Part shown: positions 34,498-48,976 of the stretch, in pieces
Numbering within the stretch: the first letter of the stretch is position 1
Layout of the letters: every line of letters begins with the position of its first letter
Source: Lepidodermella squamata
Lineage: Eukaryota > Animalia > Gastrotricha
Reading direction: 5' to 3'
Length of the DNA stretch: 64,000 nt
Assembly (NCBI GenBank): GCA_047495785.1
Contig: JBLDXI010000009.1
Location: 1,488,001 to 1,552,000 of the forward strand
Position numbers and translations under genes: made by a program
Notes under the pieces: generated by a model
Seen by the model: the letters and a program-made list of their open reading frames with translations, nothing else
The model's database searches: none
What the model was told of the DNA's origin: nothing

Positions 34498-36411
34498 TTA
34501 TTGCTTTCGCACGATCGATGGAACTATTAAGAACATAGCCAAAGGGGTGAAAAATATTAGCGCTACGTAAATCACAAGGACAAATCTGTCTAAAACGTCG
34601 GCTACAAATTCCCATCGATGTCTGCGATCGATTTCCGCGTCGCGATGTGTCATCTTTTCTTCGGCTTCTTGACGCTGAACCTCTTGTTGCACCTCCAAAT
34701 CAGTTGGATGCTCGGGGATGCCGAAGAGAGATACAAAACCTGGCTCGCCCTCCTTATGATTCGAGTACCTTTCCATCATTTTTTTGATCACAAGTTTCTC
34801 CTGTACGAATAGGAAAAAACATCAGCCATGAACTTCGTCAATGATTAAACTAACGTCAAGCTGGCCATTTTTCTTCAGAAAATCCACAGGCTTCTTGATA
34901 TTGAAAATCTTTCCAAAGAAACACGCAAGTTGGTAAGCCCAGTTCGGAACATATTGCTTGTGCCGTTTGTCGCAACTTTTCCGATAGCACACGAAAACAA
35001 GACCTTCAGCAAGCATTGATATGCATATGTAACCCATGGACAGGGCGATGTAGTAACAGAGCAGGGGAATCTTATCCGAAGTTCGCGGGATGTCTTCGAT
35101 GATCATGAGTTGGAAAACTCCATAAGCGAGGAGGCAAGTGAATGAAATGTGAACTTTCATGACTTCGTCGACGGGTAGCGTGAAAGTCCCGATTTGAGCA
35201 ATTGAAATGATAACGCTGGGCACAATTACGTTGATCAGGTAGTAACCGACCTAAAGAACCTTGCAATAGCTCCAAAATGAAACAAGTCAAAATACCTTGC
35301 GCTGAATACGAAGTTCGAATTCCGTCCGGCAAAATATGTTATTGGTCACGTATTGCACGTTGTAAATTCTCTGACTCGTGTTTGTGAGTTTCCACTGTTC
35401 ATTTTCTACATAGAAATCAGCCTCAATGTTTGGGGCGGAAATAAAGTTTGGAATGTTACCGATCCAATATCGAAGCTGAATCGAATCTCCGAAATGAAAC
35501 CTTTGGAAATCGATGGTGTAACGCCAGGCTTCCATTGTCAGCACGCAAATTTGCTCGTCAAAGGGAAAGTAGCGAAGATCGAAATCTGTAGCTGTATTTT
35601 GCAGCGAATTCAATATCTTTTTGTAAATCACCAACCGCAAAATGCTCTAAACGTCCCGCCAGGTCGATAACTTGCATAGCCATTGGAACTCATCCTTAAC
35701 ATTTCTTGATTGTGCATTAACAGCAGCTCGTAATGCTGCTCTGAATTGATCATAGCAACTTCAAAGAAAATTCGTCATTTAGCTAGTCATTTTTAAGGGA
35801 TCCTCATTCTCACGTTCCGGAATCCATACTTCGGTGTGAGGAACTACTACGCTAGCTAAACATGCGTGCGGGAAGGATGTATTCCTAAATTAGAAAGTAA
35901 TCACTGAGAAATCGAAATGGGGCGAATTGCTTACCAAACGTGAAATTCGTCATACCAATAGAATAGAATATATCCGGTCAGCTGTAAAATTTTCTCCTTT
36001 TCCAGCTGTTAAGTTCAAATGCATCTTTGATCCTAGTTTCCCCAATTACTAGCGAAACTTACCACTTCATTTATTGACGAGAGGACGAGCCTTACTTCGA
36101 TTTCAATGTGCTTCCGAGCTTGTAATATAGGGCGCTCCCAAGTTTTATGCTTTCCAAAAATGTCCCTTGCAATATCAGATTCCGATACTGATGAATAGCG
36201 CAATTGATGTAAAATTAAGTTTTTGGAGTTATTTATCGGTTTAACCTGTGACATTATCGCACAACTTCGAATTGGGAGGTATTGGGCGATCCAACTTCGT
36301 TGCATTACTCTTGACGTTGGCATAAGGATTCGGCGACCCGCCGGCTGCATCAGACGAAAGAGAAGCGCGTGCCAGACAAAGTAGGCTCAGCAAGCCATAA
36401 ACTCTATCCAT
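34498..36411 (-). CDS. Divergent Cys-loop channel subunit 2
   Basis: Signal MDRVYGLLSLLCLARASLS; WIPE; C|DFDLRYFPFDEQIC; MEAWRY; M2 KVHISFTCLLAYGVFQLMI; M4 WEFVADVLDRF. Confidence 0.88.
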
Positions 36412-37418
36412 TTATGTGCGCGATAGATCGAGATTTTCGAACAGCACTCGTTAGATTCTTTTGATCACAAAATATGTCGCTGGTATCATAAATTTTTAAG
36501 TGACACCAAACAAATACCGTGCTTACGGCTCTGATTACGCATACCGGGCGCAATTTATATGGTTCGTATTTTATAGACGGTTTTTCCTCATTCAGAGGAT
36601 AAGTCCTTGGCGACGAAGACGCGATTAACAAGAAAGCGCCAATGAATTGATTTATAAGCGATGAGCAGGCTCACTTATAGAACTAAATTGCGCGTGTTGT
36701 AAGCGTAACACACTTGTCTGGTATCATTAATTATTCAGCAGTGCTGCATACCGACATCGCAGAACCCATTTTTCGATAGGCGCAGACATTGAGTTTGTTC
36801 AATAAAAAAATCACGCGACAGGCGATGTAGAATTATGTTCAGAACTGCCCTAATAGATCCTCATCGTTTATTTTGATTTCATTAGAAACAACGGTATTCT
36901 GCAGGTTTAGCGCACCGGCTCCCTGTTGCCCGAAGAAACAGACAAATTAAATAGATAAGTATCTATAATTTGTTTACAACAACTTGAATAAAAGCACAAT
37001 AAAAAGTTATTGGAACTAAATTGCCTACTTTATTGTCCCTGGTGCAACGACGATGACCTGGTTGGATAATGATACTAAAAAAATAAGCCCCTGCTTCGGT
37101 TTAATATATAGGTATACATTAAAAATTGATATTCACAGAAAATGAAATGAAAAATCATTTTCATTCATATTCACAATAATCCGGAAATCGTAGAAATAAA
37201 TTTCATTATTTTCTGCGAACATTTTTATTTTGAACAAAATATTGTAATTCTGTCAGTGGACTTCTTATTCCAGCTTACTAATTCCAGTTATAGAGATTCC
37301 CTGAATGATAAATTGCAAGTAAGCCATAATTTATCAGTTGCTCTAAACAATGCAAAGCCACGAGATGAACTTTGAGCAAATAATTCTTCAACAATAATCC
37401 GACAATATATATCTTATT

Positions 37419-39415
37419 TCAGCGGTTCTGCCGAGTAAGCGCGGGCACAACTACAAACATAGCAATAGGGGTAGCTATTATGAGCATGACGTAAATGGTG
37501 AGGACGAATCGGTCGAAAACATCGGCTACAAATTCCCATCGATGTTGCCGGTCAATCTCAGCGTCATGATGCGTCAACTTTTCATTAGCCATCTTGCGCA
37601 GCCGTTCTTCCTTCCTCTCCAACTCAGTTGGCTCGTTCGAAAACTGCTCCAGAATTGAAATGAAGGGCCTCTCGTCCTTACGGTCGTATCGAGCCATTAT
37701 TCCGGCGTCAAGGTCTTGCTCCTATGCGGAAGTTTAGGAACCAAAAATACTGAAATCCAGATTATCTGGCGGAAATCTTACATTCACATCAAGTTCGCCA
37801 GCTTTGTTGAAATGTAACTTTGGTTTCTTTATACCGAAGAGTTTACTGAGTGCACACGCCACTTTGAACACCCAATCTGGGCAGTACTGCTTATGACGTT
37901 TGTCGCAGCTTTTCCGGATGCAAACAAAAACCAGCCCTTCGCCCAGCATTGCTAGGCAGATGTAAGCCATGGACAGGGCGATGTAGTAGCACAATATTGG
38001 AATCTTATCCGAAGTTCGTGGGATGTCTTCGATGATCATGAGTTGGAAAACTCCATAGGCGAGCAAGCAAGTGAAAGAAATGTGAATTTTCATCACTTCA
38101 TCGACTGGCAGCGTAAATGTGCCGATTTGAGCGATCGAGATAATAACGCTGGGTACAATGACATTTATCAAATAGTAACCGACCTAGTCATCGAATAATT
38201 TAGGTTCATCAATATTATAATATTATAGGTAGATGTTTACCTTCCGCTGCAAATGAATTTCGAATTCAACTCGGCAGAATATGTTATTTGTGACATATTG
38301 GACGTTGTAAATTCGTTGGGAAAGATTCATAAGTTTCCACTGCTCGTTTTCTGTTGGAAATAATTGTTTTTAAGTTGCTATCCTCCTCTCATTGATCCTT
38401 ACCGATCCAGTAACGTAACTGAATTGTATCACCGAAATGAAATAGTTGGTAATCGACGGTATATCGCCAAGATTCCATTGTCAAAATGCATTGCTGCTCA
38501 TCGAACGGAAAGTATCTCAAATCGAAATCTGAGTGTAAAAAAACAAAGGTTGACATCTTTTTTCGGACGTAGAATTTCTGTAGCCTACCACAGAATGCCC
38601 TGAAAGTTCCACCGGGTCGGTAACTAGCGTAACCATTTGCGTACATCCTAACCATTTCTTGATTATGCATCAACAGAAGTTCATAATGCTGCTCTGAATT
38701 GATCATTGCGACTGAAAGTGAATTAAGAAATCTAAAAATTTGCTAATGAAATGAGATTGATTTCATACCTTCGGGAATCCAAACTTCCGTGAAAGGAACT
38801 ACAACATGACCAAGGCAGGCATGAGGAAAAGTTGTGTTCCTATCAGAAACATGTTTTAGAAGCTGAGAATTCTATCGTACATCAACTTACCAAGCATGGA
38901 ATTCGTCGAACCAATAAAATAATAAATAGCCAGTCATCTTGAGAATTTTCTCCTTCTCAATCTATGATAATTGATTACGACCACTACATGAGGATCAAAC
39001 AACGCGACTTACAACATCGTTTATCGACGATAAAACCAGCCGAATTTCAATTGAAATCGGTTTTCGCGCCTGTAATAACGGCCTTTCCCAGTTCCTATGT
39101 TTTCCGAATATATCTCTGGAAATATCAGCTTCGGAAACTTTATGGCGGAAAGTTTTTTATTAGTGGAAAATTTAGTTGTAATTTTAGCAAACCTGTAACG
39201 TTCTGACAAAGTTTTGAGCTGGTTGAGATTGGAGCATCCAATTTGACAGCATTGCTCGGCTCGCCTTCATGCGGATTTCCATGGGATCCGTTATGAGGAA
39301 TCCTACCCCTCTCTTCCTCCTCATTTTTCTTCGTTTCCGTGCCAGCTTTTTCCGATGAAGCAATGGTCAGCCACAGTATGTAAATTAAAATGAATCTTAA
39401 CAGCAAGCTCTTCAT
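37419..39415 (-). CDS. Divergent Cys-loop channel subunit 3
   Basis: Close paralog of subunit 2 with a similar exon layout; DFDLRYFPFDEQQC; KIHISFTCLLAYGVFQLMI; WEFVADVFDRF. Confidence 0.88.
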
Positions 39416-40299
39416 TGATTAGTCGCTAATTGGACTAACTTAATGAAGCTCTTGTACCTTTTCACTATTAAATCAGAAAAGGGGCATCATCAAAATCGAG
39501 TACGTCAAAAATTCGTCGCTAGCAAAAAATTTGAAAATTATATAACAACGAAAAATCGTAACTATAAGAGCAGGCAAGTTTATTAATAATTAATTTCTGA
39601 CTTCCGACTCACGCTATTAGCATAATAGGAAGTAACTTTTCGAAGCAAAGTAAGCACAGGAAAATCTCGAAGGGGCAATAGAATGAACTATTTACGACTA
39701 GGAACGTTTTAGAATCAAAGAATATCGGGTGACGCAGTGTCTTGAGGGCACTTAATCCGAGGGCGTCTGCGAATCATGACAAAATAGCCCCTACTCGCGT
39801 ACGGCCGTCGATTGCATTTAGAAATGGACTACAAGTGGTCACATGCCAGTGTCCCGACGGGAAAATACCTGTAGAAAAGGCTGTCTCTGTAGAGATTTTC
39901 ACAGGTGCTCCTTTTATCGCTGTCTGAATTTATGGCATCGATCTATTATACGACAAATGGAATGAGGACTTGGGCAAACAAATACCCCGTAAACGCAAGG
40001 ATCTTGTGTATTCAATATTTTGAAGAGGAATTTGAAGAAATGAACTGATGCTAAATTTCGTCAAAGCATGTCATGCTAAGATTTGAGACAACACATCATC
40101 AACCAGTTTCAACCAGTTTCAATGCAGCCGCCTATTTTTACCATTGAAGAGGAGTCATTTGTCATTCCAGTGTTCAGGATGTGTTTAACTCATATTTTGA
40201 TGTGAATAAATGCAAAGTGCAGTTCAATTTTAGTTCGGTGACACGTGCAAAACAATCAAATATTTATCTTGTTTTATTGCTCGTCACAAAAAAAATCAA

Positions 40300-42196
40300 T
40301 CAGGTTTTTGATACTGCTACGGAATGAACAGGACTAGGTACAAAAATGAACATAACGACTGGCGTCAATATAATCAGAGAAAAATAGCCGAGTAAAACTA
40401 GTCTGTCAATGACTTCCGCAGAATATTCCCATTGGAATCGCCGCGCCTCCTCGGCATTATGCTGCGATATAGCTTCATCGAATTCAACGCTTAGCGAATG
40501 CTGGCGTTTCTCGAATTCGCTCATAACAGGGGTATCTTCGAAGAGTGACAAAAATTGAGCAGGTAGCCAAAACTCGGCTGACACCAACCCGGCGGACCGT
40601 TTCTTTTGATTGACTTGCCTTGTTGTTAGAATTTCTGGGATCACGCTATTCCAATGAATTTCAGCTGGTCGGGGCATGCGAAGGTAATCACCGACCAGGC
40701 AGCATAACCCGAATATAACACGGGGACATTTAGCTTTGTGACGAACTTCGCGGCCTTTTCGAAAGCAGACAAATACGAAACCTTCACAGAGCATCGCTAT
40801 GCAAATGTAGGCCATTGATAATGCGATGTAATAACTGAGAATAGGAATTCTGTCCGAAGTTCGAGGAATGTCTATACAAATTTCTTGATAAAATTATGAT
40901 TAAAATTTAAAATAAAATCAGACCTTGAATTATCATTAGCTGGAACACTCCGTAGGCCAATAGGCATGTGAATGATATGTGAATTTTCAGGACTTCATCG
41001 GCCGGCAAGGCGAAGGTCGCAAGTTCGGCGACCGAAATGATCACACTTGGCACAATTACGTTGATCATAAAATAGCCAACTTTTCGCCTGATTTGCAAGG
41101 AGAAAGTAACCTTAATTGGAATCTATTATTTATTTATATATTTCTGGGCCAAGGATTACCCGTGAAAACTCATTTTTATCGACAACGTAGCGAGCTACAG
41201 ATGAGGCTTGGGAGAATTCAGTCAGTTCCCACTGTTCGTTTTCTGTAAAGAATCATTTTTCAGGGAAAATCGAATTGCGCAAAATAGCGTACCTATCCAC
41301 CTGTCGAAGGTTAAATTTTTTGCTAGCGAAAATCGCTGATATTCGATAGTATATCGCCAACTTTCCATGATAAGATCGCAAGTCTATAAAAGCTCAAATT
41401 AACGAAAAGAAAATTGCAGAAAAATAGTTCAACTCAGTACCTGATGATCGAATGGGAAGTAAGTCATGTCGTAGTTGCAATATGCGTGGAAAGTACCACC
41501 TGGGCGATAGCTTGCTCGGCCGTCGCTAGCAACCCTCACCTTTTCTTTATCGTGCATTAACAAGAGCTCGTAATGCTGTTCTGAATTGATCAGGGCAAGT
41601 TCCGGAATCCAAACTTCCTCATGCGGCAAAACAACCGCTCCTAGACAAGCCTGGGGAAATGTCGAATTCCACACGTGAAATTCGTCTATCCATTCCTGCG
41701 AATATTTATTGAATTAATTTTCTATTCTTCCAACTTGGGAAAGAAACGAACGAAGGCTAAATATCCAGTCAGTTGAAGAATCTTGTCCTTGGCAATCTAA
41801 AAACCAAAACTTAATATTTATTATTTTATAGAATTTTGAAATATCTTACCACATCGTTTATCGCGGAGAGAACAAATTGAACCTCGATTTCTATAGCTTT
41901 CCTGCCGTTCAGCACTGGCCTTTCCCATCGGAGGTGTTTCCCGAAAATAGTCTGGCTTATAAGCGCTTCAGAAACCACAACGTCGTCACACAGATGAGAA
42001 TTCGGAGACACAGGTTCGGGAAGCCTCATAGAAACTGTATTGTAGGAATTTTCTGGACAAGGAAAATTCGACCATAAAGTTGTATTCAATCATCCATTAT
42101 ACCTGAATGGCATGAATTGTTGAAGGGCGCGGTGGTTCCGCTAGTTCTGCCTAGCGAAGATAATACAGCAATCAGAATGCGAGACGTGACTTGCAT
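40300..42196 (-). CDS. Divergent Cys-loop channel subunit 4
   Basis: VWIPELALINS, CNYDMTYFPFDHQ|TC, KIHISFTCLLAYGVFQLMI, WEYSAEVIDRL; start codon inferred. Confidence 0.85.
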
Positions 42197-42866
42197 TCTA
42201 TTAATTGTAGCAAATAAATTGTCGTAAATTTCACCCCAGAATATAGGACGGTTTTTATTGTGGATTTATTTACTTGTCCAATTGTCCTCACTGCCAAACG
42301 ATGACGCTACCATAAAACGGCCTGAATATGTCGCATTTACGGTTCATGATAGCTCCTCGGCGCATTGGTGTCGAAATTTTGAATATCGATTGGTGCATTA
42401 GTAGGGGCGACGATTTACCTTAGAATCTGCTGCAATCACGCCCGTATAGACAGCGAGCTATGAAAAACCTAGAGAGCATATTTTTATCGCTCTTAGCAAT
42501 TAATTTATGAGCTGACAAGAGCCCTCAAAAAGGAAGACCGTTTTCTCGGCGTTAGCGCTTCTTAAATTTATTATCGATGCCTCGTTGAGAATAAATTGCG
42601 ACAAATTATATACGAAGTTGTATAGCACGGCTATGTACAATTTACAAAACCTTTTCAAGATATAAGTGGAAAATTGAATCGCAATTTACATATTACCGTG
42701 TCACGCTACATTTACGTACGAAATGTATAGCCAAAAACAACGGAATTGGAAATAATAATTGTGCATATAATGGTGAATATAACTTCAAAAGGCATCTATA
42801 ATATATTAATGAGTTCATAAAGGCTAATAATCGCTATTATCATTTCAAAATGAGAACAGGACTAAT

Positions 42867-44405
42867 TCAGCAGTTGCTAGCAGCGCCGGCGTGATTCTTC
42901 ATCAACGATTTTTCACGCAGGTGGGCCAATTCTTCGTCAATGGCTTCGCGAAGGCGTTTGAATACCTGGCGAAGGAAAAATCAGATTTTATAATAAAATT
43001 CAAAAATCAAACAAATCGAATTACCAAATCCATTTGCTTTGCGTTGACTAAGGAGAAGCACGCCCGAACGTACTGCCTGTAGCCACCATCCGGAATCTGG
43101 TCTGGTTCAGCAAAGTCTGGCTGGAACGCCGTGCCATGAACGAACATTACCTTCTTCGCAGCCGCCCGCCGTAGCACCAGTGATTTAGTGTCGCGAATCG
43201 CCGGAATTTTCAACCAAACAAACAGGCCGCCGCAAGGTGCGTTGTACTCGACCAGGCCCGACAAATGCCGGTCAATAGCGGCGCACATCAGCTTCATCTG
43301 ATTCTTGTAGAAAGCCGCTACTTTTTTGGTGTGTTCCAAAAACCGATCTTGCCCCCATTGGTTGAGCAGTTGAGCAACTAAGGCTTGAGCCATCTGGCTT
43401 GGGTGCATTTGCGACGTTTGCATGTGCAAATTGAGCTGGTAAATGATCTCACTCGATGCAGTGACGAAACCTAGCCTCAATCCGGCTGACAGACTTTTCG
43501 AGAACGAGTCAACCCGAACCACGCGGCCTTCTGTATCGAGGCTGAGGTAGGACGGCATGTCTTTGAATACTTGATCGTCGAATCGGATGAAGTAGTACGG
43601 ATCGTCTTCGATGATGTAGAAATCAAACTCGCACGCAAGTTGATAGATCTGCCGCCGCCGTTCCGCTGTTGTAGTGATGCCAGCCGGGTTCGTGGCTGTG
43701 GGGCAGGTATACAAGAATTTCGGAGCCGGCCAGCCTTTCTTGAGCGCCGCCTCAATTTTCGATCGAATTATTGCCGGGTTGAGACCAGACTCGTCGACAG
43801 GACAGCAAATCGCCTTGCCATTATGCGGCCCGAGCGCTGCGAAGATCCCCGAGTAGGCAGGAACCTCGACCAAATACGGGTCGCTGTCATTCAGAAACAT
43901 CTCGAATGTCTTGGAAATGCCGTCCATTGCGCCGCTTACTGGCAGCACCGCCCATTCATCAGGATTGGCCAATATGTTTGAGCTGTTGCCGTGAAGCCGG
44001 ATTTGCAGGTGAGCAATCGCATCAACAAGGGGAGGGTAGCCGCAGCTTGGGCCGTATTGCAGCGCTTCATTCATGGTATCATTATCGAGCTTTAATTCAG
44101 ATCCATCCCTGAGAAAAATGGCATTAATTAACAGGAAAATATACATGCTATAGAAGTGCATACTTTAGTCTGAAAACTGCCGATTCCCATGGAAATAGAC
44201 TATGGTGAGGGTCGCCGTGGCCAACTTCGATGAAATCAGCTGGAGCAGTCTCTCGACCAGCCCATAACGCGTCGGCTGAAATAAAAATTTTAGCTGAAAT
44301 TTGTAAATATTGGCAACAGTTTTCCTTACTGATTTCTCTAATCGCGCTAGGTTGGCGCGCTTTCGACACGCGACTTAACCTCTCTTTGAAGGCTAGTTTC
44401 CGCAT
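42867..44405 (-). CDS. AADAT: Kynurenine/alpha-aminoadipate aminotransferase-like, paralog a
   Basis: PSAIRE, ALQYGPSCG, NPAG, IIEDDPYYF, PLP-lysine DSFSK, GLRLGF, YVRACFS; last exon 42867-42965. Confidence 0.9.
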
Positions 44406-45345
44406 TTTACAAAATTTCCACTCAAATAATTCTATAGGACAAATAAAAATAGTTATGACATACGTCTTAAATCAAATAGAATACTTAATGTCGGCTAATC
44501 TTGATAGCCGGCCAGCTGGTGGTATACATAAAAGCAGGCTGCGCGTGCGCGTGTTTCTAGTAAAAATGATGTAATATTGCAAAAATTGACGGTGGACTTT
44601 GGACCCGGCGCCGACTACTTACTGCACGATTTAACCTTCCACGAAAAAAGCGATCGTAACACGGGTCAAGCACACGTTTCCTGTCACAAGGTCACGTCAC
44701 CGGCACATGTTACGCATTTTCGAGGTAAAAAATCGAAATACTGCAGCGCTGAAAATACATGTTCACGTGAAACGTGAAAAAGTGTCCAACTGACCGCGCG
44801 GGTGTTGACTAGCAGACAGTTATACTTGAGCGTTTTGAAACGAGAGCTTTCATAATAACAATAGCAAACACATGTATGAGGAAGTTATACACACGAGCGT
44901 TCACCTACTGCCAAGTATGAGCACGTGAGCCGGGCAAACAGCAAATTAATGCCATCGTCGGTTATATTGATGCGCTATGCTGTTGAATAACAGAAGTGAG
45001 ATACGTATGTGTTTGTTTGCAAACATTATTGTTTGCGCACCGTCAAACCTGCCACCGTAACAGCCGACTGTGGGATGCCAGGCGTACTAGTACATACTGC
45101 GCGCGGACAAATAAAGTGCCCGCAAAACGATTTAATTTTGGACCGCGCGAAAAATCGCGCCCAGAAATTGAGCTAATTTCACATGTTTTGTTCGCGCGGC
45201 AACATGAATCAACACGGAAATAAATTGAATAAAATGCGGAATTTTTCTCATGCAAACCCCACGATTCCCCAATGAAATAAAGACGTCAACTTGAAAGAGG
45301 AACGGTTAAAGTGAGTCATAGTGATTTTTTGAAGGCTGCTCAAAA

Positions 45346-47603
45346 ATGCTATTTCTTCGCGCAAACTTTTTCCTGATGATTTTTCGCGCTAGCTATAGCG
45401 CTATCGGTGATTCGAGATTGCGAATCGCAATTTCAAACTTGATGCCAACTCCAGTCGAGTGGTCGATAGGTGACGGTAGCAGCTCTGTAGGTGACTGGCA
45501 AGATGGCTCAGCGCTGTTTATGCCTTCGTCAGCAATGCACCACGGCGCGACCGTAAGACTTTACGATCCTGGTAAATTGAAATATTGGAAGTTCAAAATT
45601 AAAAAAAAATCCATGGTTATTTAAATCTTAGTCACAGATTTGACATATCATCATTCAAGTGATCCTCGGTTGATAGAAGCTCTGGGGAAAATGTGGAACC
45701 CTAAAGTTCATGCTGATAAATGTGGCGCCAGCAGTCGATATCAGTACTTTCCCACAACACCCCCAGCTGACAGCTCTACGTCGGCTTACAAAACAAGTAA
45801 AAGCCCCATACCGCGCATATCATACGTCTGCGATCCGGAAAATATTCTTCTGCCGAGTCAGGCCCATGAAATCGATCGAATAATTCAAGCTGTTCCGATG
45901 ACAACAGGTAAAATCTTTCAAGTTAAATTTCATAAAAAGCCTGAATTATTTTCATCAAATAGGATGTCAATGTGACAGCCTTGCTCATTGCAACCAATAT
46001 AGCTCAGGATACACAGTTTTTGTCGCTGTCGTTCCTTTCAGCCTTGAAAAGCAGCCTGGCTTTGTTGTCAAGAACAAGCCCGTAGCGAAACAATCGAATA
46101 ACAAAACTGTAACAGCTTCAACAAAACCTCCTTCTTCCTCAACAACAACAGCCAGCAGTTTAGTGCAAAAAGCGATTGGATTCGGCGGCGCTCTCTTGAA
46201 AGGCCGATTTGCCCTTGGCATGGACAGTATACCCGAAATCGATGTTCAACCAACAAATTTGATAATCTCCAGGGACATGAGCGGCAATTACCACGACATA
46301 ATACCCCCAGATGCCGATATCTACGATCTTTTAGCTCTTTACCTAAGTATTTCGTGAAATTTACCCTAATTTAAGTTAGGCATATGACTGATTGTAGGGG
46401 CGTCTTGGGCAACGGGCGAATGCGATGAAGATATGGTCATTTGTTTCTTCCCCAAAGAGAAAAAGGTCGCAATTTCGCCAATAATAATTTATAAATACTT
46501 CAACTGATTTCATCAGGTTTCGCTGTCGGTAGGTGGCCGGCTTCATTCGAAACTCACAACTGATTGTCTGAACGAACTTTTCTCTGAAACTGTGTTTAAA
46601 ATGACGTCGAACATACAACCTGGGAAGCCCGTTTCTGATCTGGCCTTGGCTCCAATCTCCCCTGCTTTTGGCAACAAAACTGCGAAATCGGCTGATAACA
46701 GCAAATCGTCTACTACAGCTCCCGGTACCTCATCGAAAAAGCAAGCTGCAAATAATAGCCCGAAAGAGAGACTTCGAATAACCGGGTTGTTTCTGGAATT
46801 TGTTGAAAATCTCAAGTAAATTTTAATTATCATTTTAATTAAATTTATCTATGATTTCTTAGCGGATTGATTCAGTCGCGTCAGGACAACCCATGTGGTG
46901 TAATTGAGGGCCGAAACTGGTCAAATTACGAAATTCTTGGCGTTGCAGTCGTCGCCGGGTTAGGTCTTTCTATTTTTGTCATCATTCTCCTTCGCCTTTG
47001 CACGCTTTTCTGGCTGTTCGTCGATCGTCACTACGATGAACCATCGCCTTACATATCCAACATGTTGCGTAGAAGCGCCAAAGAGATCAAGCGAGTTACG
47101 AAAGCGACTGCGAAGCACGCGGGCAAAAATCAGGAGACTCATAAAAACGGTCTTATCCACCTACCGTCGATTTCCATCTTGGACACAGACGCTGGATTGC
47201 AGCAAGCAGCTGAAAATATCGAAATTCCCGAGGAGTCGGAAATGACTGGCGACAACGACGATGGGCAACTGGTTTTCAGGCCGAAAAACGCTGTTGTTTA
47301 CATCAGCGATGAAGAACATAGTACATAGTATGGATATTGTTCTGTTTAGTTCTGTTTAGCTAAATTTCGAAATTTTTCAGTGTCGAGGATAACATTTACG
47401 ACAATCTCCGCCCTAACGGACGCCCCATATTATCGGAAACGGTGCCAGATGACTGCACGCTGGTAGCCGGAGGGTACCCGTGCGATCGCGATAGTTTGGA
47501 TGAAACCCTCAAAACCGAGGACGTGGTTATCAACAAAATCTCAACAATGATGGTTCGATCGCCAAGCAATTTCAAAGCCAGCCAGCGCCCGACGGCTGTT
47601 TAA
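45346..47603 (+). CDS. MOLO-1-like TPM-domain single-pass membrane protein (multi-exon)
   Basis: NP...KCG...SYVCDPENIL..QAHEIDRII, CQC..C..GYTVFVAVV, WATGECDEDMVI; TM ILGVAVVAGLGLSIFVIILL; C-terminal PTAV class I PDZ ligand. Family recognised from recalled motifs only. Confidence 0.65.
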
Positions 47604-47724
47604 CAATTTAATTAAATAGCAAAATCGTAGTTTCTGTAGCTGATTTTATAATTTAACAAATATTACGCCAATCATAATCTTATTTTATTCTTGCAACAAA
47701 TCGATGAAAAAAAGAAACAAAAAA

Positions 47725-48976
47725 TCACAAATTGCTGGTTAGTTTATTAAAGGTAAAGCCTGGAATTTTCGGCCCAAGTTGCCCTGTAGCAAAACTGTCA
47801 AAATTGCATAGGAGACGAATATTAGGCTGGCCCTCTTTGATTTCCGCGCCAGTGGCCCAATAAACTCGATGTAAAACTTTGCTACTCCGGCAATTTTCTT
47901 CAAATGTTTCGTTGATTTCTAAAACATCCATTTCCAGTGCTTCCTTCAGATCGGTCGGATACATCGAATCACCGGGCATTATTGTGGCCAAGGGAGCGTC
48001 ACTGCCCGAAAATTGAGCTCGGATCGGCAGCCAGCGTTCCAACTTATCAGAAGCCATGTCTTGCGTAACAAATTTCTTGAGCTCAGCAAAATTCGGGTAT
48101 CTCAGTAACGTCGCAAGTTCGTGTAATTGAGGCGGTGGCAACGACAGTTTCCCATCTAAGAACTGGGCCAGGAGCTCAGGGACAGTTGACCACTAAGGTA
48201 ATACATAAATTTACGAAAAACCTTGAGAAAAAAATGAATAATTTACGCGAATATCTCCTAGTTCGTCGATATTATCGCGGGGTATCTGAGCGATTTGTTT
48301 CGCCTCGTCTTCGATGAAAGCCATGTAGAAAATCGTGTCGAAGCGATGCGTTCGCGGCTTATTACCACCTATCGCTTTCGGGGTCAACCAGCACCGCCAG
48401 TCGTAGAGCATACCGATAGCCGGAAGACGCCCCATTTCCATCAAACTATCCGGAAAAGTTGATGGCCGATGTAAGATATCGTTGATTGGCATTGATGGCT
48501 GTTTTAGGGATAACAACAACCCGGTCTCCTCCGCCAGCTCGCGAATAGCGCACAACCGAAATGCTATCCGTGGGTCTAATAGTGTCGAAGAAGGCTTCCG
48601 GCGCTCGTAAATCGGGAGGCGGACAAAAAGGCAACTTGATGGGACAGAAACGCATTGATTTGGCTGCTTCAGAATATCACTCCACCTTAAAATATATGAT
48701 TTTTTCGATTCCTATTAATTTTGGATTTTCATACTTATTAGCGTCGAAATCCTCTTTTTCAACAGCTCCTCCCGGAAATGCCAACGAGCCGGCGAAAAAT
48801 TTCATTTTCGGGTTTCTTATTCCAATTAGAATTTCGTAGTCAGTTTTTTCTTGAACTTGCTGCAAACGAGCCATCATGCCGGCGTTGATTTTAGGCTGGA
48901 TTGGCAAAGGGCGTCGTGCAGCATTTTTTGCCAACGGCCGAATTAGCAACAGAGTAGCAGCTTCTTTCCAGCTCAT
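47725..48976 (-). CDS. NUDT19: Acyl-CoA diphosphatase NUDT19-like Nudix hydrolase (3 exons)
   Basis: WKEAATLLL, AFPGG, CAIRELAEETGLLL, WLTP...RFDTIFY, LPPPQ.HEL, PGDSMY; C-terminal SNL is PTS1-like. Confidence 0.88.
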
